64,000 bases of DNA, from the NCBI RefSeq assembly GCF_009914755.1, contig NC_060940.1, one strand, 5' to 3'. Made by a program: the position numbers and the translations under genes. Position 1 is the first letter of the stretch; each line of letters opens with the position of its first letter. The notes under the pieces were generated by a model that saw only the letters and a program-made list of their open reading frames with translations, was not told the origin of the DNA and ran no database searches. The stretch comes from the human T2T-CHM13v2.0 reference genome, Homo sapiens. Positions 55,901 through 64,000 of this stretch are shown here, piece by piece.

Positions 55901-58900
55901 CAATGATGATTCTATTTGTGTCCCTTAGATGATTCCACATGATTCCATTAGATGATGATACTATTTGAGCCCATCCAATGATTCCCTTCGATTCCATTCG
56001 ATGAGGATTCCATTCGCTTCAATTCATTGGTGATTCTATTCAATTCAATTCTTTGATTCCATTCCATTCCATTCGACAATGATTCCATTCGATTTCTTTC
56101 GATGATTCCACTCGATTCCACTTGACATTGATTCCATTCGATTCCATTCAATGATTCCATTTGATTCCAGTGGATGATGATTGCCATCGATTCCATTCGA
56201 TCACTCCATTCTATTCCATTTGATGATGATTACATTCGATTCCATTTGACGATTCCATCTGATTCTATTCGAGGATTCCATTTGATTCCATTCGATGATG
56301 ATTCCATTCGAGTCCATTCGATGATTTCATTCGAGTACATCCAATGATTCTATTCGAGTCCATTTGATGATTCCATTTGATTCCATTTGATAATGATTCT
56401 ACTAGAGTCCATTCAATGACTCCATTGGAGTCCATTCAACAATTCCATTCGACTCCATTTGATGATTCCATTCGATTCCATTTGATGGTTCCATTCGAGT
56501 CCATTTAATCATTACAGTCGAGTCCATTTGGTGATTCCACCGGATTTCTTTTGATAATGATACCATACAATTACATTTGATGATGATCCCATTCAATTTC
56601 ATTTGATGATGATTCCATTAGAGTCCATTCGATGATTTCATTCGAGTCCCTTCACTGATTCCATCCGATTTCATTGGATGATGACTCCATTCGAGTCCAT
56701 TCGATGATTCCACTCGATTCCATTAAATGATTCCATTGGAGTCCATTTGATTGTTCCATTCGATTCCATTCGATTCCTTTCGAAGATTATTCCATTTGAG
56801 TCCATTCGATGATGATTCCATTCCATTCCATTCGATGATTCCGTTTGATTCCATTCCATGATTCCCTTCGATTCCTTTCTTTGATGATTCCATTCCATTC
56901 CATTCAATGATTCCATTCGAATCTATTCCATGATGATTCCTTTCGATTCCATTCGCTGATGTTTCCGTTCAATTCCATTCGATGATGATTCCATTCGATT
57001 CCATTCATTGAGGATTCCATTTGATTCCATTCAATGATGATTCCGTTCTATTCCATTCAATGATTGCATTCAATTCCATTCAATGATTATCCCCTTAGAG
57101 TAAACTCAACGATTCCATTCAATACCATTCGATGATGATTCCTTTTGAGTCCATTCAATGATTTCATTCAAGTCCATTTGATGATTCCTTTCAATTCCAT
57201 TCTATGATGATTCCATTCGCGTCCATTCGATGATTCCATTCGATTGCATTCGATGATTTCATTATATTCCAGTCAACGATGATTCCATTCGAGTCCATTC
57301 GATGATTCCATTAGAGTACATTTAATGATTGCTTTGTTTTCAATTCGAAGATGATTACATTGGATTCCATTCTATGATACCATTCGATTCCATTCAATGA
57401 TGATTCCACTCAAATCCATTGGATGATTCCATTCGTGTCCATTCGGTGATTTCATTAGATTCCATTCGAGGATGATTCCATTCGATTCCATTCGATGATT
57501 CCATTCAATTCCATTCGATGATGATTCCATTCCAGTCCCTATGATCATTCCATTTGATTTCATTCGATGATGATTCCATTCGATTCCATTCGATGATTCC
57601 ATTCTATTCCATTCGATGATGATTCCATTCGAGTCCATTCGATGATTCCATTCGAGTCCATTTAATGATTCCATTGGGTTCAATTCAATGATGATTACAT
57701 TGGATTCCGTTCTATGATTCCATTCAATTCCGTTCATTGACAATTTGATTCCATTCGATGATGATTCCATTTGAGTTCATTCGATGATTCTATTCGATTC
57801 TCTTCGATGGTGATTCAATTCTATTATATTGGATGATTCCATTCGATTCCATTTGATGTTGATTCAATTCGATTCTATTCGATGATGATTCCATTGGATT
57901 TCACTTGATGATTCTATTCGATTCCATTCAATGATGATTCACTTCTCGTCCATTGGATGATTCCATTTCATTCCATTCGATGATGATTCCATTCGATTCC
58001 ATTCGATGATTCCATTTGATTCCATGCGTCGGTGAGCAATTCGATTCAATTCCCTGATGATTCTATTTGATTCAATTAGATGATGTTTCCATTCGAATCC
58101 ATTCCATGATTATTCCATTGGAATCCATTCGGCGATGATTCCATATGAGTCAATTCAATGATGATTCCATATGGGTCCGTTCGATGATAATTCCATTTGA
58201 TTTCATTCGGTGCTTCTATTCAATTCCAGTCGATGATGATTCCGTTGGAGTCCATACGATGATTCCATTTGATTTCATTTGATGATGATTCCATTCGATG
58301 ATGATTACATTGGATTCCATTCTATGATTCCATTCAATTCCATTCGTTGATGATTCGATTCCATTCAATGATGATTCCATTTGAGTTCATTCGATGATTC
58401 TATTCGATTCCGTTCGATGGTGATTCAATTCTCTTATATTGGATGAATCCACTCGATTCCATTTGATGATTATTCCATTGGAGTCCACTTAGTGAATCCT
58501 TCAGATTCTACTCGAAGATGATTCCATTCAAGTCCATTCGATGATACCATTCAATTCCATTCGTTGATGCTTCCATTCAAGTGCATTCGATGATATCATT
58601 CGATTCCATTCAATGATAATTCCATTCAATTCAGTGATTCCTCTGGACTCCATTTGATGATGATTCCATTCAATGATTCCATTCGATTCTATTCGAAAAT
58701 GATTCCATTTGAATCCATTTGATGATGATTCCATTAGATTCCATTTGATGATTCCATTCGATTCCATGCGACGATGATTCCATTCGATTCCATGTGATGA
58801 TTCCATTCTATTCTATTCGATGATGATTCCATTCGATTCCATTCGATGATGATTGGATTCGATTCCATTTGATGTTTTCATTTGATTCCATTCGTTAATG

Positions 58901-61900
58901 ATTTCGATCAATTCCATTCGATGATTCCATTCGATTCCATTCGATAATGATTACATCCGTGTCCATTCAGTGATTCCATTTGAGCCTGTTCAATAATTCC
59001 ATTTGAGTCCAACCAATGATTCCATTCTTTTCCATTCAATGATTCCATTCGAGTCCATTTGATCATTCCGGTAGGGTCCATTCGATGTTGATTCCATTGG
59101 AGTGCATTCGATGATTCCATTCGAGTCCATTTTAGGATTTGATTCGAGTCCTTTCGATGATTCCATTCGATTCCACTCGATGATGATTTCATTCGAGTCC
59201 ATTCGACACTTCCAATCGATTCCATTTGATGTTTCCATTCGAGTCCAATTGATGATTCCATTCAATTCCATTCGATGATGATTCCGTACGATTCCATTCT
59301 GTGATGATTCCATGTGATTGCATTCAATGATGATTCCTTTAGATTGCATTCGATTGTGATTCATTTCGTCTTCATTCTATGGTTCCACAGGTTTCCATTC
59401 GTGTCCATTCCATTATTCCATTCTATTCCATTTGATGAGGATTCCATTCGATTCCATTCATTGGTGATTCCACTCAATTCCATTCAATGATTCCATTCCA
59501 TTTCTTTCAACAATGATTCCATTAGTTTCTAATCGATGATCCACTTGATTCCATTTGACGACGATTCCATTCTTGTCCATTCGATGATTCCATTTGATTC
59601 CATATGATGATGATTCCATTCGATTCCATACGATGATGATTCCATTCGAGTCCATTCAATGGTGATTCCATTCAATTCCATTCGATGATTCCTTTCGATT
59701 CCATTCGATGATGATGGCATTCGATTCCTTTCAATCATTCCCTTTGATTCCATTCAAAGGTGATTTCATTCGAGTCCATTCGATAATTGCATTCGATTCC
59801 ATTCTATGATGATTCCATTCGAGTCCATTTGATGATTCCATTCAATTCAAGTCAATGATGATTCCATTCGATTCCATTCGATGATTCCATTGGATTCCAT
59901 TCGATGATGATTCCATTCAAATCCATTCGATAATTCAATTCAAGTCCATTCGATGATGATTAAAATCGAATCCATTCAAAGATTCCATTCAGTTCCATTC
60001 GATGATTCCCTTAGATTCCATTCGATGATTCCACTTGATTCCATTTACGATGATTCCATTCGATTCCATGTGATGATTCCATTCAATTCTATTCAATGCT
60101 GTTTCCATTTGATTCCATTCGACCATGATTGCCTTTGATTCCATTCAATGACTCCATTCGGTTCCTTTTGATGATGATTCCGTTCGATTCCATTTCATTA
60201 TTCCATTTGATTCCATTGGATGAGTCCATTCGATTACATTCGATGATTATTCCATTCGAGTGCATTAGATGATTCCATTCGAGTCCATTCGATGATTCCA
60301 TTCGATTCCATTCGATGTTGATTCTGTTCAAATCCATTCGATGATTCCACTCGATTCCATTCGATGACTCCAGTTGATCCCATTCGATGATTTCCTTTGA
60401 TTCCCTTTGATGATCATTCCATTTGATTCAATTCGGTGATTTCATTTGATTCCATTCAGTGATGTTTCCATTCGACTCCATTCGATGATGATTCCATTCG
60501 ACTCCATTCGATTATGATTTCATTCCATTCCATTCGATAATGATTCCCTTCGAGTCCATTCGATGATTCCATTCGATTCCATTCAACGATTATTTGATTC
60601 GTGTCCATTCGATGATTCCATTTGATTCCACTTGATGATGATTCCATTCGAGTCCATTTGATGATTCCATTCAATTCCATTCTCCGATGATTTCTTTTGA
60701 GCCCACTCAATGCTTCCACTCGATTCCATATGATGATGACTCCATTCGATGAAATTCGATGATGATTCCATTCGCTTGCATTCGATGATGATTCCACTTG
60801 AGTCCATTAGAAGATTCTATTCAATTACATTCCATGACGATTCCGTTCGAGTCCATTTGATGATTCCATTAGACTCCATTCGACGATGATTCCATTCGAT
60901 GTTATTCGATGATTCCATTCGATCTCATTCGATGATGATTCCATTCAACTCCATTCGATGTTTCCATTCGAGTTCATTCTATTATTCCATTAGATTCCAT
61001 TCGATGATGATTCCATTCGATTCCATTTGATGATTGCATTCTATTTCATTTGATGATGATTCCATTCGAGTCCACTCGATGATTCCATTCGAGTCCATTT
61101 AATGAATCCATTGGTTTCAATTCTATGATGATTACATTGGATTCCATTCGTTGATGATTTCATTCGGTTCCATTCAATGATGATTCCATTCAATTCCTTT
61201 CAATGTTTCCATTCAATTCCATACGATGATGATTCCATTTGATTTGATTCGACAGTGAGCCATTCGATTCAATTCCATGATGATTCTATTTGATTCAATT
61301 GGTTGACATTTCCATTCGATTCCATTCGATGATGATTCCCTTTGATTCCATTCAAAGATGATTCCATTCTAGCCCATTCGATCATTCCATTCGATTCTAT
61401 TCAATGATGATTCCATTCATGTCGATTTGGTGATTCCATTTGACTTCATTTGATGATGATTCCTTTCAAGTTCATTAGATGATTCCATTTGATGATGATG
61501 CCATTCGAGTCCATTCAGTGATTCCACTCGTTTCCATTCCATGATGATTCCATTCCATTCCATTCAATGATTCCATTCGATTCCGTTTGATGATGATTTC
61601 ATTCGAGTCCATTTGATGATTCCATTTGATTCCATTCGATGATGATTCCATTCGAGTCCATTCGATGATTCTATTCGAATCCATTTGATGATTTCTTTTG
61701 ATTATAGTTGGTGATGATTCCATTGGAGTCCATTCAATGATTCCATTCGATTCCAATCGATGGTGATTCCATTAGAGTCCATTTAATGATTCCATTTGAT
61801 TCCAGTCTCTGATGATTACATTCGAGTCCATACGATGATTCCACTCAATTCCATATGATGATGATTCCATTCGATTCCATTCGATGATTCCATTCTATTC

Positions 61901-61953
61901 TATTCAATGGTGATTCCATTCGAGTACATTAGATGATTCCATTCGATTCCATT
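55901..61953 (+). repeat. 6.1-kb unit, 6,053 bp (49-bp deletion at ~58605, 10-bp deletion at ~61485)
   Basis: Marker pseudo-ORF 55948 recurs at 62001. Offsets to the previous unit change 6109 -> 6060 -> 6063 -> 6053. Confidence 0.9.
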
Positions 61954-64000
61954 CAATGATGATTCTATTTGTGTCCCTTAGATGATTCCACATGATTCCA
62001 TTAGATGATGATACTATTTGAGCCCATCCAATGATTCCCTTCGATTCCATTCGATGAGGATTCCATTCGATTCAATTCATTGGTGATTCTATTCAATTCA
62101 ATTCTTTGATTCCATTCCATTCCATTCGACAATGATTCCATTCGATTTCTTTCGATGATTCCACTCGATTCCACTTGACATTGATTCCATTCGATTCCAT
62201 TCAATGATTCCATTTGATTCCAGTGGATGATGATTGCCATCGATTCCATTCGATCACTCCATTCTATTCCATTTGATGATGATTACATTCGATTCCATTT
62301 GACGATTCCATCTGATTCTATTCGAGGATTCCATTTGATTCCATTCGATGATGATTCCATTCGAGTCCATTCGATGATTTCATTCGAGTACATCCAATGA
62401 TTCCATTCGAGTCCATTTGATGATTCCATTTGATTCCATTTGATAATGATTCTACTAGAGTCCATTCAATGACTCCATTCGAGTCCATTCAACAATTCCA
62501 TTCGACTCCATTTGATGATTCCATTCGATTCCATTTGATGATTCCATTCGAGTCCATTTAATCATTACAGTCAAGTCCATTTGGTGATTCCACCGGATTT
62601 CTTTTGATAATGATACCATTCAATTACATTTGATGATGATCCCATTCAATTTCATTTGATGATGATTCCATTAGAGTCCATTCGATGATTTCATTCGAGT
62701 CCCTTCATTGATTCCATCCGATTTCATTGGATGATGACTCCATTCGAGTCCATTCGATGATTCCACTCGATTCCATTAGATGATTCCATTGGAGTCCACT
62801 TGATTGTTCCATTCGATTCCATTCGATTCCTTTCGAAGATTATTCCATTTGAGTCCATTCGATGATGATTCCATTCCATTCCATTCGATGATTCCGTTTG
62901 ATTCCATTCGATGATTCCCTTCGATTCCTTTCTTTGATGATTCCATTCCATTCCATTCAATGATTCCATTCGAATCTATTCCATGATGATTCCTTTCGAT
63001 TCCATTCGCTGATGTTTCCGTTCAATTCCATTCGATGATGATTCCATTCGATTCCATTCATTAAGGATTCCATTTGATTCCATTCAATGATGATTCCGTT
63101 CTATTCCATTCAATGATTGCATTCAATTCCATTCAATGATTATCCCCTTAGAGTAAACTCAACGATTCCATTCAATACCATTCGATGATGATTCCTTTTG
63201 AGTCCATTCAATGATTTCATTCAAGTCCATTTGATGATTCCTTTCAATTCCATTCTATGATGATTCCATTCGAGTCCATTTGATGATTCCATTCGATTGC
63301 ATTCGATTATTCCATTATATTCCAGTCAACGATGATTCCATTCGAGCCCATTCGATGATTCCATTAGAGTACATTTAATGATTGCTTTGTTTTCAATTCG
63401 AAGATGATTACATTGGATTACATTCTATGATACCATTCGATTCCATTCAATGATGATTCCACTCAAATCCATTGGATGATTCCATTCGATTCCATTCGAT
63501 GATTCCATTCAATTCCATTCGATGATGATTCCATTCCAGTCCATATGATCATTCCATTTGATTTCATTCGATGATGATTCCATTCGATTCCATTCGATGA
63601 TTCCATTCTATTCCATTCGATGATGATTCCATTCGAGTCCATTCGATGATTCCATTCGAGTCCATTTAATGATTCCATTGGGTTCAATTCAATGATGATT
63701 ACATTGGATTCCGTTCTATGATTCCATTCAATTCCGTTCATTGACAATTTGATTCCATTCGATGATGATTCCATTTGAGTTCATTTGATGATTCTATTCG
63801 ATTCTCTTCGATGGTGATTCAATTCTATTATATTGGATGATTCCATTCGATTCCATTTGATGTTGATTCAATTCGATTCTATTCGATGATGATTCCATTG
63901 GATTTCACTTGATGATTCTATTCGATTCCATTCAATGATGATTCACTTCTCGTCCATTGGATGATTCCATTTCATTCCATTCGATGATGATTCCATTCGA
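61954..64000 (+). repeat. 6.1-kb unit, partial (runs off the window; 49-bp deletion at ~63488)
   Basis: 56671/62724 are offset by 6053, then 57770/63774 by 6004. The segment TGTCCATTCGGTGATTTCATTAGATTCCATTCGAGGATGATTCCATTCG is absent. Confidence 0.88.

Larger units (their letters stand above)
1..64000 (+). repeat. Human satellite II (HSat2/HSATII) tandem array, CATTC strand on +, probably HSat2B subfamily
   Basis: Seen: the entire window is degenerate (ATTCCATTCG)1-2(ATG)1-2 monomers with frequent GAGTCCATTC variants and dense TCGA sites; no non-satellite interruption or strand switch was noticed. Established: CATTCGATTC-rich 23/26-bp monomers distinguish HSat2 from HSat3, which is mostly simple (CATTC)n. 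Subfamily and chromosome are inferred from the 6.1-kb period. Confidence 0.97.

Noticed and set aside
48-63774. Numerous minus-strand ORFs of 60-193 aa (MESSNGIEWNH..., e.g. 26895..27476, 1350..1847, 46604..47089)
   Set aside because: They are direct translations of the GAATG strand, which is rich in ATG and relatively poor in stops. They overlap in several frames, have low complexity, and gain or lose frames with unit indels. No domain is recognisable. They were used only as alignment markers.
1-64000. CRISPR-like array of 23-26-bp repeats
   Set aside because: The repeats abut each other with no unique spacers, leader or cas genes.
1-64000. HSat3, alpha satellite or CENP-B boxes; heat-shock (HSF1) satellite array
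   Set aside because: There are no long pure (CATTC)n runs and no 171-bp monomer. Regular GATGAT spacers and CATTCGATTC indicate HSat2, whereas HSF1 stress bodies are mainly an HSat3 feature.
1-64000. Inversion or strand switch within the array
   Set aside because: No GAATG-oriented tract was seen on the + strand; orientation is uniform throughout.

Overview
The whole 64 kb is one uninterrupted, single-orientation array of CATTC-derived satellite DNA. The recurring ATTCCATTCG(ATTCCATTCG)ATG(ATG) 23/26-bp monomers and the CATTCGATTC core identify it as human satellite II (HSat2/HSATII). A ~6.11-kb unit is established for the HSat2B array in chromosome 16 pericentromeric heterochromatin, so that is the likely origin (inference; not confirmable here). 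I see no genes, RNA genes, transposons or inversions, and every ORF in the track is a translation of the satellite. The interest is in the higher-order structure. Units of ~6,112 bp flank the window (1-~10.9 kb and ~43.84-64 kb). Between them lies a ~33-kb domain built from a longer 11,825-bp unit: one diverged partial copy, two near-identical full copies and one partial copy containing an 836/840-bp triplication. Marker offsets show that the long unit equals the 6,112-bp unit plus four extra blocks (758, 2013, 105, 2832 bp) and three small indels, summing exactly to the 5,713-bp difference. This suggests the 6.1-kb unit is a deletion derivative of the long unit. Junction coordinates are approximate (tens of bp) because they lie in homologous repeat sequence, and alignments were done by eye from diagnostic k-mers and ORF-track offsets.
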